This document shows, in pieces, positions 55,138 to 64,000 of a stretch of 64,000 nt of DNA. The stretch lies in the IMG/VR virus record IMGVR_UViG_3300034106_001935; one strand, written 5' to 3'. Under the pieces are notes generated by a model. It was not told where the DNA came from. It did not search any database and saw only the letters and a program-made list of their open reading frames with translations. Source of the stretch: an uncultured virus (IMG/VR IMGVR_UViG_3300034106_001935). Taxonomy: Duplodnaviria > Heunggongvirae > Uroviricota > Caudoviricetes. Position 1 is the first letter of the stretch. Every line of letters begins with the position of its first letter. The position numbers and the translations under genes were made by a program.

Positions 55138-56556
55138 ATGGCTCAACAGTTTATTGATTTTGGTTCATTTCCTGATGATCCAGATGCAGATGCGATTAGA
55201 ACCGCGTTTCAAAAAACACAGAATAACTTTAATCAACTATTCACACAAGCCTCTTCGGGAAGCGTACAGACTATATCAAGCCCTACAGGTGGAGGCATTG
55301 ATGTAAGCAGCCCAGCAGGAAATGTAGTTTTAATTGCAAATATTGCCTGTGTTCAAGTGCATACTAGCACACTTTCTGTTGGTATAGGTGCCAATGGTCT
55401 TACAGATGCAACATTAACATCTTCATCTCAGGTTCTTTGGGTAGATTTACCTATCAACATTTCTAATGTTCAATCTATCAACTTACAACCTACTACAACT
55501 TTATTATCAAATGCGCCTGCAGTAAGAATACAACAAACTTGGAATAGTGCATCAAATACATTCATTGCTTTCTATACAAATATTACAGATACTAATAGTT
55601 CATCCGCCTCAAAACTAATTGATTTACAAGTAAATGCAGCTAGTAAATTTAGTGTTAATAAAGACGGTGATATCTCAGCTAACTCAATTAGCATCACGGC
55701 GTTCACTACAGGTAATATTAGTGTAGGTAACGGTTCATTCAGCGGTAATCTTTTAGTATCCGGAAATATAACCGGTGGTAATTTAATCACTAGTGGAAAT
55801 GTGTCTGCAACTGGCAATGTGTCAGGTGCAAACCTTGTTACAACAGGCAATGCTTCTATAACAGGCAATGTGTCTGCCGGAAACATTTCAGCGACATTGT
55901 TAACAGGTACAATAACAACTAATGCACAACCTAATATCACTAGTGTTGGTACATTAACTTCTTTAGCAGTAACTGGTAATGTGACCGCTGGTAATGTTTA
56001 TGCGAATAGTGGCACGATTGGTGCTTTATTATTAACAGGCACGTTGACAACTAATGCACAACCTAATATTACTAGTGTCGGTACATTAACAAGTCTATCT
56101 GTTACGGGTAATATTACCGGAGCAAATTTACAAGGTTCATTGGCCAATGGTAACAGTAATATAAGCATACCAAATGCCAATGGTAATATCAACCTTAGTG
56201 CTGTAGGGAATGCCAACGTAGTAGTAGTAACTGGCACGGGTGCAAATGTTACTGGTACACTTAATGTTACAGGAAATACGACCGCAGGTAATGTTATTCT
56301 AAGCGGAGCAACATCAGGAGTCTCATTGAGTGGTAGCTTTGGAACTAGGGGGCAAACACTCAAGTCAGATGGTAACAGTAATGCGATTTGGTCTACACAA
56401 TTTTATTATGGTAACACTCCACCGACCTTTAGTGATTTAAATTATGGAGACATATTCTTTTACATTGATGCACCAAATAATTTTCAAAGACTATATATGT
56501 GGGTTACTGATGGATCAAGTGACTACTTCTATGACTTTTTACCACCAAGCTTTTAA
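55138..56556 (+). CDS. Baseplate/tail fibre protein
   Basis: IDFG..PDD..AD.IRTAF.K...NF N-terminus (gp9/10-like); AQPNITSVGTL repeats. Confidence 0.7.
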   Translation: MAQQFIDFGSFPDDPDADAIRTAFQKTQNNFNQLFTQASSGSVQTISSPTGGGIDVSSPAGNVVLIANIACVQVHTSTLSVGIGANGLTDATLTSSSQVLWVDLPINISNVQSINLQPTTTLLSNAPAVRIQQTWNSASNTFIAFYTNITDTNSSSASKLIDLQVNAASKFSVNKDGDISANSISITAFTTGNISVGNGSFSGNLLVSGNITGGNLITSGNVSATGNVSGANLVTTGNASITGNVSAGNISATLLTGTITTNAQPNITSVGTLTSLAVTGNVTAGNVYANSGTIGALLLTGTLTTNAQPNITSVGTLTSLSVTGNITGANLQGSLANGNSNISIPNANGNINLSAVGNANVVVVTGTGANVTGTLNVTGNTTAGNVILSGATSGVSLSGSFGTRGQTLKSDGNSNAIWSTQFYYGNTPPTFSDLNYGDIFFYIDAPNNFQRLYMWVTDGSSDYFYDFLPPSF

Positions 56557-56568
56557 GGATAATTAATT

Positions 56569-59500
56569 ATGCCATTTCCAGTAAGTCCTACAAATAATCA
56601 AATCTACAACGATGGTACTTATAATTACCGTTATAATTCTATGTTCAGATCCTGGACTAAGATAGCACAAACGGTTTCTAATATTTCATCTCCTAGTGCC
56701 AATGTTGTAACTTCAAATGGCAATGTTACTACAGGAAATGTTGCTGTTAGCCCTGCCAATATTACTGTAGGTAATACTACAGTTGCTAATAATAGTGTAA
56801 CTGTGGGTAATACAACTGTCAATAATGCAAACGTTACTGTTGGTAATACAGTCGTAGCAAATAACACAGTGACAGTGGGTAATACAACGATTAATAATGC
56901 AAACATTGTAATAGGAAATACCACCGTTGCTAATAATAATGTCACGGTTGGTACAACGGTTATCGGAAACACTTCAATTTCAACACCTAATGTGACTGCA
57001 AACATAACCAGCGGTAATACAAGTATCGTTCCTGTTGCCAATGGTAACGTTGCAATAAGTGTGGCTGGAACTTCTAATGTAGTTGTTGTTTCAAACACCG
57101 GTGCTAACATTAGTGGAAATGTAGCAGTAACATCAAATATTTCTGCTGCTAATATTTCTACAGGAAATATTGCTATAACAGGATCCGGTAATATTACCGG
57201 TGACTTAAATGTTACTGGTAACTTGACTTCGGGAAATGCAAATTTAGGTAACTTAGCTAAAGCTAACTTCTTTCAAGGTGATGGTAGCTTATTAACTAAT
57301 GTTTCAGTAGCAGCTGGAAGCTATATTTTAAATGGTACTAGTAATGTATATGTAGATATTAATAGTAATGTAAGGACTAGTGTTGGTGGAAACGCAAATG
57401 TATTTGTAGTCACTGGTACCGGTGTTACTGTGGCAGGAACATTAAATGCTACTGGCAATGCTAACGTAGGAAACCTAGGTGCTACTACTATTGTTGGAAA
57501 CTTATCTGGTAATGTTACTACATCAGCACAACCTAATATCACAAGTTTAGGCACATTAACAGGTTTAACAGTTAGTGGTACAACTAATTTAGGTGCCGTT
57601 GGTAATGTGACAATTACAGGTGGCACTGCAAATTATTTTTTGATGACAAACGGATCAGGATCTCTATCATGGAATAATGCAGCAGGAGTTCCCGCGCCCG
57701 GGTCTAACACACAAATCTTTTTTAATGACAATGGCAATTATGCTGCTAACTCAGGATTTACATTTAATAAGACTACCGGTAATGTAAATTTACCAAGTAA
57801 TTTAGTTGTAGGCAATAATGTTACTGCGACAACTTTTACCGGTGCTTTAACAACAAGTTCGCAACCAAATGTTACTAGTGTTGGTACTTTAGTATCTTTA
57901 GTTCTTTCCGGAAATATCAATAGCAGCGGAAATATTATTCTAAATGCAGGTTTCGTAAATGCCGCCGGCAATGTCACGGGTGGAAATCTAACTACAGCCG
58001 GACAAGTAGTAGCTACTGGAAACATCACTGGTAATTATTTTATAGGAAATGGTAGTCAACTAACAGGTATAGATGCAACTGCAATACAAAACGGAAATGC
58101 TAATGTAAGAACTTTCAGTAATAGTAATGTAACTATCAGTGCATCAGGTAATGCTAATATTGTTGTAGTAACAGGTACGGGAGTAAACGTTGCAGGTACA
58201 TTGAATGTAACCGGTAATGCTAACGTTGGTAATTTAGGAGCTGCGGGTGTTGTCGCAACGACATTAGGTGGCACACTAACTACCGCAAGCCAGCCAAACA
58301 TCACTGGAGTGGGTACACTAACTTCACTAGGTGTTAACGGCACAGTCACCGCAGTAAACTTCACTGCTAATACAGGTGTATTTGCCGGTAGTGGTGCTAA
58401 CTTAACGACACTAAATGCAAGTAACATTTCAAGTGGTACATTAGCACAAGCAAGGCTTGCTAACGCATCATTAACTGTTAACGGCACAAGTATTACGCTT
58501 GGTGGTTCAGGCACAATTACTGCTAATACTACTCAAAGCCATAGTAATGGTTCATATATAACCGGTGGTAGTTTCAACGGTGGAACTGCTATTACTTGGG
58601 CAGTTGATGCAACAGATGCAGCCACAGCAAGTAAGGTTGTGGCGCGTGATACAAATGGTAGTTTTGCAGGTAACGTAATAACCGCAACAACATTTAGTGG
58701 TAGTGGTGCTAACTTAACGACACTAAATGCAAGTAACATTTCAAGTGGTACTCTTGCACAAGCAAGACTTGCTAACAGTTCATTGACTGTTAACGGCACA
58801 AGTATTACGCTTGGTGGTTCAGGAACTATTACTGCAAACACTACACAAACATTGACTTTAGGTTCATTCCTAACTGGTACAAGTTTCAATGGTGGTACAG
58901 CAGTAACAGCGGCAGTTGATGCTACATCAGCGAATACTGCAAGCAAGGTTGTTGCTAGAGATGCTAGCGGTAACTTTAGTGCAGGAACTATTACTGCAAC
59001 ACTTAGTGGCTCAGCAACAAGTGCAACTACTGCAGGTACAGTAACAACAGCGGCTCAACCAAATATTACTAGTGTTGGTACATTAACTTCTGTTGCAGTA
59101 ACAGGAAATGCTAACGTCGGTAATTTAAATGCGACTACTGCGGTTGTTGCAAGTACATTAACTTCAAACGTAGCAACTGGTACCGCTCCACTAACAGTAA
59201 CAAGCACTACCCGCGTTTCAAATTTGAACGTTGCTTATGCAAACGTTGCTGATAATATTAACGTGGCTGCCGGCACAGGAAACAACTTCCTTATTTTTGC
59301 AAATGCGGCAACAGGCAACGTTGCAGAACTAACAAGTACCGGTCTTACCGCTAACTTATCTAATAACTCTATTACTGCTACAACATTCGTCGGTGCATTG
59401 AGCGGTGCTGCTACTAGCGCAACTACAGCAGGTACAGTAACAACAGCCGCTCAACCAAATATTACATCTGTCGGTACTTTAACAAGTTTATCATCTAGCG

Positions 59501-59853
59501 GTAATATTAGTGCTGCGAATGTTTCAGTAAGTGGATTCCATATTCGTTCAGTAACTACTGGTATTGCGGCAGCAGGTACTGCTCAAGGCAATGCTACAGC
59601 ATTGACTACAGAAATTAACATGATATCAACTGTTTCAAGCGGGCAAGGTGTAAGATTACCAACAGCCGTTGCAGGTATGGTTATAATAATTACGAACTTG
59701 TCTGCTAATTCATTACTAGTTTATCCGCATACAGGTGGCGATATTAACGGTGCTGCAGCCAACGTTGCATATACACAGACTGCAGGTTCAACACTGCAAT
59801 TCATGACTCCAAATACCACAGATTGGTACACAGTTGGAGCAACATACGCATAA
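56569..59853 (+). CDS. Long tail fibre protein (Gly/Asn/Thr/Ala-rich repeats)
   Basis: FP.SPT..Q N-terminus; TVGNTTV.NN repeats; multiple QPNITSVGTL. Confidence 0.75.
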   Translation: MPFPVSPTNNQIYNDGTYNYRYNSMFRSWTKIAQTVSNISSPSANVVTSNGNVTTGNVAVSPANITVGNTTVANNSVTVGNTTVNNANVTVGNTVVANNTVTVGNTTINNANIVIGNTTVANNNVTVGTTVIGNTSISTPNVTANITSGNTSIVPVANGNVAISVAGTSNVVVVSNTGANISGNVAVTSNISAANISTGNIAITGSGNITGDLNVTGNLTSGNANLGNLAKANFFQGDGSLLTNVSVAAGSYILNGTSNVYVDINSNVRTSVGGNANVFVVTGTGVTVAGTLNATGNANVGNLGATTIVGNLSGNVTTSAQPNITSLGTLTGLTVSGTTNLGAVGNVTITGGTANYFLMTNGSGSLSWNNAAGVPAPGSNTQIFFNDNGNYAANSGFTFNKTTGNVNLPSNLVVGNNVTATTFTGALTTSSQPNVTSVGTLVSLVLSGNINSSGNIILNAGFVNAAGNVTGGNLTTAGQVVATGNITGNYFIGNGSQLTGIDATAIQNGNANVRTFSNSNVTISASGNANIVVVTGTGVNVAGTLNVTGNANVGNLGAAGVVATTLGGTLTTASQPNITGVGTLTSLGVNGTVTAVNFTANTGVFAGSGANLTTLNASNISSGTLAQARLANASLTVNGTSITLGGSGTITANTTQSHSNGSYITGGSFNGGTAITWAVDATDAATASKVVARDTNGSFAGNVITATTFSGSGANLTTLNASNISSGTLAQARLANSSLTVNGTSITLGGSGTITANTTQTLTLGSFLTGTSFNGGTAVTAAVDATSANTASKVVARDASGNFSAGTITATLSGSATSATTAGTVTTAAQPNITSVGTLTSVAVTGNANVGNLNATTAVVASTLTSNVATGTAPLTVTSTTRVSNLNVAYANVADNINVAAGTGNNFLIFANAATGNVAELTSTGLTANLSNNSITATTFVGALSGAATSATTAGTVTTAAQPNITSVGTLTSLSSSGNISAANVSVSGFHIRSVTTGIAAAGTAQGNATALTTEINMISTVSSGQGVRLPTAVAGMVIIITNLSANSLLVYPHTGGDINGAAANVAYTQTAGSTLQFMTPNTTDWYTVGATYA
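58387..58847 (+). repeat. Internal direct repeat of about 150 bp, period 312 bp (104 aa)
   Basis: GGTAGTGGTGCTAACTTAACGACACTAAATGCAAGTAACATTTCAAGTGGTAC at 58387 and 58699. Confidence 0.85.
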
Positions 59854-59862
59854 AGGTGAAAT

Positions 59863-60486
59863 ATGGTAACATTAGAATTATTAACGGCAATGTGCCCAAA
59901 AACAAAAAGAGCTATATTAGAAGGTTATGTGGAACCTTTAAATACAGTAGCAGAATATTATGAGATGTTTCAGAATCCGCGCAGAGTTGCAGGATTCTTG
60001 GCACAAATAGCACACGAATCAGGTGGATTTACTGCTGTTGTAGAAAATCTTAACTACAGTGCTAAAGGTTTGATGACTACATTTAAGAAATACTTTCCTA
60101 CAGAAGAATTAGCAAAGCAGTATGAAAGAAAACCACAAATGATTGCTAACCGTGTTTATGCTAATCGCATGAAGAACGGTGATGAAGCAAGTGGTGATGG
60201 ATTTAAGTTCAGAGGTCGTGGGTTGATTCAACTTACCGGTCGTGACAACTACACACGCTTTGCAGAAGCACTAGATATGGATCTTGACAGTACAATTGCT
60301 TATTTAGAAACACCCAATGGTGCTGTAGCAAGTGCCGGCTGGTTCTGGGACAATAATAAGTTAAATCAGTTCTGCGACAAAGATGATTTCATTACATTGA
60401 CAAAAAGAATCAATGGTGGCACCATTGGTTTAGCGGATAGACAACATCACTATCATTTGGCATTACAACATTTAGGCGCACATTAA
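59863..60486 (+). CDS. Glycoside hydrolase family 19 lysin
   Basis: FLAQIAHESGGF, ENLNYS, FRGRGLIQLTGRDNY, TKRINGG..GLADR. Confidence 0.9.
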   Translation: MVTLELLTAMCPKTKRAILEGYVEPLNTVAEYYEMFQNPRRVAGFLAQIAHESGGFTAVVENLNYSAKGLMTTFKKYFPTEELAKQYERKPQMIANRVYANRMKNGDEASGDGFKFRGRGLIQLTGRDNYTRFAEALDMDLDSTIAYLETPNGAVASAGWFWDNNKLNQFCDKDDFITLTKRINGGTIGLADRQHHYHLALQHLGAH

Positions 60487-60487
60487 A

Positions 60488-63271
60488 ATGGCAAAGCCAG
60501 TTTGGACGACAGATTATAACCTAAGTTCTTATCCAGCCGGAGAAGAAATTAGTATTTCTTTAATTGCAAAATCTATACTACCCGCAACATCAATTGTATC
60601 ATACACTTTGGCGAATGGTAGTTTACCGGCTGGCACAACTTTAAATATTAATGGATTACTAAGTGGCACTTTGTCATATGTATTAAGCACTACAAACTAC
60701 ACTTTTACAGTTTTAGCAACAGACAATTTAGGTAATTCTTCAACGAAAACTTTTGTATTAACCACTACATACAATCCCATACAACCTGTATGGGTGTCAC
60801 CCTCAGGTACTGATTTGGGATCATTTATTACTAACGCACCGTTAGAAGTAAGTGTTGTGGCTATTCCTGTATTGCCGGCTACTACTATTTCATACACTTT
60901 GATATCAGGAATACTTCCTTCGGGATTATCTTTTACTAATGGTACTATTGCAGGTACTCCTACTACCATTAGCCAAGCCGAAACTAACAAATTAGTAATA
61001 AGGGCAACTGATAATTTAGGCAATATCAAAGATAAAACTTTTACTATAACTATTAATGGATCTGCGACACCCAGCTTTACAACCCCCTCTGGTATTTTGT
61101 TTAGCACGAACGATAGCGTATGGATTGAATTTCCGATAGATTATCTAAATCCTCTAGTAGATAATCCTATTAAAATATCAGTAACTCAAGGATTATTACC
61201 ACCGGGGTTAGAAATTAATGATCAGGGTATTATTAGAGGTTACGCACAACCCCCTACAAATAATGTAACTGTGCCACAAATAACGACCTCTGCGACGGCT
61301 ACTTCCGCGAGTGATGTAATTACCTGTGTAAGTACAACTAATTTTTTTGCGGGCAGACCTGTATATTTTACTGGTGCTACAGCATTTGATAACATAGAAA
61401 TAGGCACCATCTATTATATTAAGAGTGTTATAGACGCAACTAGTTTTACAATAAGTACAATTCAAAACGGTGCAACATTTAATTTAAACAATGATACTGG
61501 ATTTATGACTGTTGTATTGCCACCGGTATCTGTTGGGCAACCTACAATTAGAAGTTATGGTTTTAATCTAACTCTAACAAGTCCATTAGGTAACACTACA
61601 CAATCCTATTCAATTACTGTAGTAAATCAAAATGCTCCCAATGGTCCTAACTTTTTGCCGAACACACGTATACCAACAATTTATAATACAAGGCCACCTA
61701 CATACAACTTAAACGATACTGATCCATATTATGGGTACTATGTTTTACCTGTTGAAGGAACATATCCTCCTTCAACTCCGGCATTTATCGGTACTATAAA
61801 AAATGATAATTTCTTTGCATTTAAAATCATAGGACATGATTTTGATGGAACAGGATTGAATTATCTATTCGCTGATTTGCCTTCATTCTTAACAGGTAAT
61901 TCAGAAACAGGTTGGGTAACAGGTACACCTAGTTTAAGCACAGTAAATATAAATAATTTTTCTTTTAGAGTATCTGTAAACAAAATTTCTAATCCAGCAA
62001 TTCAGACACCTTTCTTTATATTTTCTTTTAATGTATCTAATGAAATTAATGGTGATATTGTATGGGTATCCCCAAGCAGTTTAGGAAATATTTTTAATGG
62101 GTCGTTAAGTATCAAATCTGTGGTTGCAGAATCTGATGTAGAATTGCAATATAGAATAATTTCGGGATCATTGCCACCCAACTTAGTATTATTAAGTAAC
62201 GGAGAAATTACCGGGTATACTGCATTTCAGCCAACAGACGAAATTTTACCTATAGGTGCCGAAACAGAATTTACATTTACAGTAGAGGCTTATTCACCTC
62301 AATATCCAGTTGTTAAATCAGAAAAAACATTTACTATTACTGTTGTTCAAGAATTTGATCAACCTACAGATACTCTATATATTAAGTGTGCTCCTGATAT
62401 TCAGGACAGAAATATTTTAGAAAGTTTACTAACAAACTCTGAAATCTTCCCACCCAATGTGCTATATAGACCAAATGACCCTTATTTTGGTTTATCTACA
62501 AGTGTGATTTATGAACATGCATACGGCATACATGCTAGTGATGTACAAGAATATATAGCAGCCGTTACTAGAAACCATTATGACCGCAGCATAACATTGG
62601 GTGAAATTAAAACAGCTATTGCAAGAGATGAAAATGGTAGAATAATATACGAGGTCGTATATAGTGAAATTATTGATGACTTAATCAATCCTCGGGGAAT
62701 AAGTATTCCTGAAGAAATTGCTTGGCCTAGAACCATCAATTTAAATTTAGGACCATGGTATACTAGCATAACAAACATTTATACCAGCTATGTTGAAATT
62801 TTAGGTCAACAATTTTACACCAGTTTAACACCCGGTAGCGCAAACACATTGTATCCTAATAGTCTACCGAACATGCGTGACCGTGTTGGTCAAGAACTTG
62901 GGCAAGAATTTGATAGCAGAATTTTACCATTATGGATGACTAGTCAACAAGAAAATGGTAGTACTTTAGGCTACACTCCTGCATGGGTAATTTGCTATAC
63001 TAAGCCAGGATATAGTACGACAGTTAAAACGAATATTGAAACAATGTGGTTGGATCCAATTGGCAATGCTTATCAACTCAATTTGATTAATTTTGCACTT
63101 GATAGATTTACTGTAGATAAGTCGTTAACTTACAACTACGATAACTTTGTCACACCACCGAGTTGGACAGGATTACCTAGTGGAACTCCCGTACCATCGC
63201 CCATTGATAGCAAAGATTTTTATGTATTGTTCCCCCGTAAAACTATTTTACCCGATCAGACACAATACTAA
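60488..63271 (+). CDS. Putative-Ig-repeat baseplate/virion protein
   Basis: Repeated GSLP.GL.L...G.I.G and F...ATD motifs. Confidence 0.7.
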   Translation: MAKPVWTTDYNLSSYPAGEEISISLIAKSILPATSIVSYTLANGSLPAGTTLNINGLLSGTLSYVLSTTNYTFTVLATDNLGNSSTKTFVLTTTYNPIQPVWVSPSGTDLGSFITNAPLEVSVVAIPVLPATTISYTLISGILPSGLSFTNGTIAGTPTTISQAETNKLVIRATDNLGNIKDKTFTITINGSATPSFTTPSGILFSTNDSVWIEFPIDYLNPLVDNPIKISVTQGLLPPGLEINDQGIIRGYAQPPTNNVTVPQITTSATATSASDVITCVSTTNFFAGRPVYFTGATAFDNIEIGTIYYIKSVIDATSFTISTIQNGATFNLNNDTGFMTVVLPPVSVGQPTIRSYGFNLTLTSPLGNTTQSYSITVVNQNAPNGPNFLPNTRIPTIYNTRPPTYNLNDTDPYYGYYVLPVEGTYPPSTPAFIGTIKNDNFFAFKIIGHDFDGTGLNYLFADLPSFLTGNSETGWVTGTPSLSTVNINNFSFRVSVNKISNPAIQTPFFIFSFNVSNEINGDIVWVSPSSLGNIFNGSLSIKSVVAESDVELQYRIISGSLPPNLVLLSNGEITGYTAFQPTDEILPIGAETEFTFTVEAYSPQYPVVKSEKTFTITVVQEFDQPTDTLYIKCAPDIQDRNILESLLTNSEIFPPNVLYRPNDPYFGLSTSVIYEHAYGIHASDVQEYIAAVTRNHYDRSITLGEIKTAIARDENGRIIYEVVYSEIIDDLINPRGISIPEEIAWPRTINLNLGPWYTSITNIYTSYVEILGQQFYTSLTPGSANTLYPNSLPNMRDRVGQELGQEFDSRILPLWMTSQQENGSTLGYTPAWVICYTKPGYSTTVKTNIETMWLDPIGNAYQLNLINFALDRFTVDKSLTYNYDNFVTPPSWTGLPSGTPVPSPIDSKDFYVLFPRKTILPDQTQY

Positions 63272-63291
63272 ATATAATACGGAATTAAATT

Positions 63292-64000
63292 ATGAGTACA
63301 ATTAACACAAACGGAATTGATGTAAATTATCCAGTGCCCGGACAAAATAATAGTTCACAGGGCTTTAGAAATAATTTTGCCGCCATCAAAACAAATTTAG
63401 ATGCAGCAGGAAATGAAATTTCTGATTTACAGAATAAAGTAGTTCTTAAATCAGCATTGGCTAATGCTGCATTGAATAATGATATGGCCAACACACTGAT
63501 CAGTAATGCATCCACACGCAGTTTCAGAGCCACAACTTATAATTTAGGAAATAATCTTTCCGGTACAGTTTTAATAGATGCATCATTGGGTGATGTTCAA
63601 TATGGTACAGTAGCAGAAGATGTAGTAATTCAGTTCGGCGGATGGTCCCCAGTAGCTACTCAAGGTGGTATAAAATTAGAATTGGCAGTTAGCAATGCTA
63701 ATGCGTCAATCACTTTCCCAAGTGAAGTTGTTTGTACAAACAATAACTTTGGTGCTACAACCTTAGAAAATTTCACTAATACTGCTAATGCAGCCGTGAT
63801 TACTACTCCATATGGAGTCTCACAATTAAATTATCAACTTAATTCTAATGATTGCGGTGACACAATTGTTATATCACCAACAAACAGGCCTCGTATAACA
63901 ACTCAGATTCAAAATAGAACTCCTTCCCCAACAGGATTTAAGGGGGATGTAGCTGGAACTGTCGCTGTTGATGCGGACTATTTGTATGTATGCACCGGCA
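63292..64000 (+). CDS. Virion structural protein (3' truncated)
   Basis: MSTINTNGIDVNYPVPGQNNSSQGFRNNF..IK; CTAAATA upstream; open to window end. Confidence 0.7.
   Translation, partial: MSTINTNGIDVNYPVPGQNNSSQGFRNNFAAIKTNLDAAGNEISDLQNKVVLKSALANAALNNDMANTLISNASTRSFRATTYNLGNNLSGTVLIDASLGDVQYGTVAEDVVIQFGGWSPVATQGGIKLELAVSNANASITFPSEVVCTNNNFGATTLENFTNTANAAVITTPYGVSQLNYQLNSNDCGDTIVISPTNRPRITTQIQNRTPSPTGFKGDVAGTVAVDADYLYVCTG

Noticed and set aside
33816..61465. Numerous minus-strand ORFs within fibre and sheath genes
   Set aside because: Antisense shadows caused by biased Thr/Gly/Asn/Ala codons
1..64000. tRNA/rRNA genes, inteins, alternative genetic code
   Set aside because: No cloverleaf with a T-loop seen in the short intergenic gaps; uvsX, uvsW, primase and helicase have normal lengths; genes are intact under the standard code. 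tRNAscan-SE was not run

Overview
The window is a 64 kb segment of a large, AT-rich, T4-superfamily-like myovirus genome. It uses the standard genetic code and is almost fully coding. From left to right it contains: two multi-LamG fibre/adhesin genes; a gp32-uvsX-(GIY-YIG endonuclease)-uvsY recombination block; an accessory region with a small membrane protein, a putative nuclease + DNA methyltransferase pair and an array of short early genes separated by near-identical sigma70-promoter repeats; an AAA ATPase and uvsW; a run of small paralogous ORFs; PhyH, a DEDD exonuclease, MarC and a miniature DnaE-like protein; primase and helicase; putative head-packaged proteins; fibre genes; an inverted NUDIX-gp15-gp14 block; a second GIY-YIG endonuclease; MazG, gp13, dNMP kinase, sheath, tube, gp4, a likely small terminase, more fibres, a GH19 lysin and Ig-repeat baseplate genes. 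Most notable: (1) a 194-aa Pol III alpha 'palm-only' protein next to an exonuclease, (2) promoter-repeat cassettes, (3) conserved DNA linkers flanking variable LamG domains, (4) pervasive predicted leaderless transcripts and promoter-overlapping hairpins, (5) an RNA-ligase-like protein and a polyprotein with prohead-protease-type sites. All calls come from motif recognition by eye; no searches were run.
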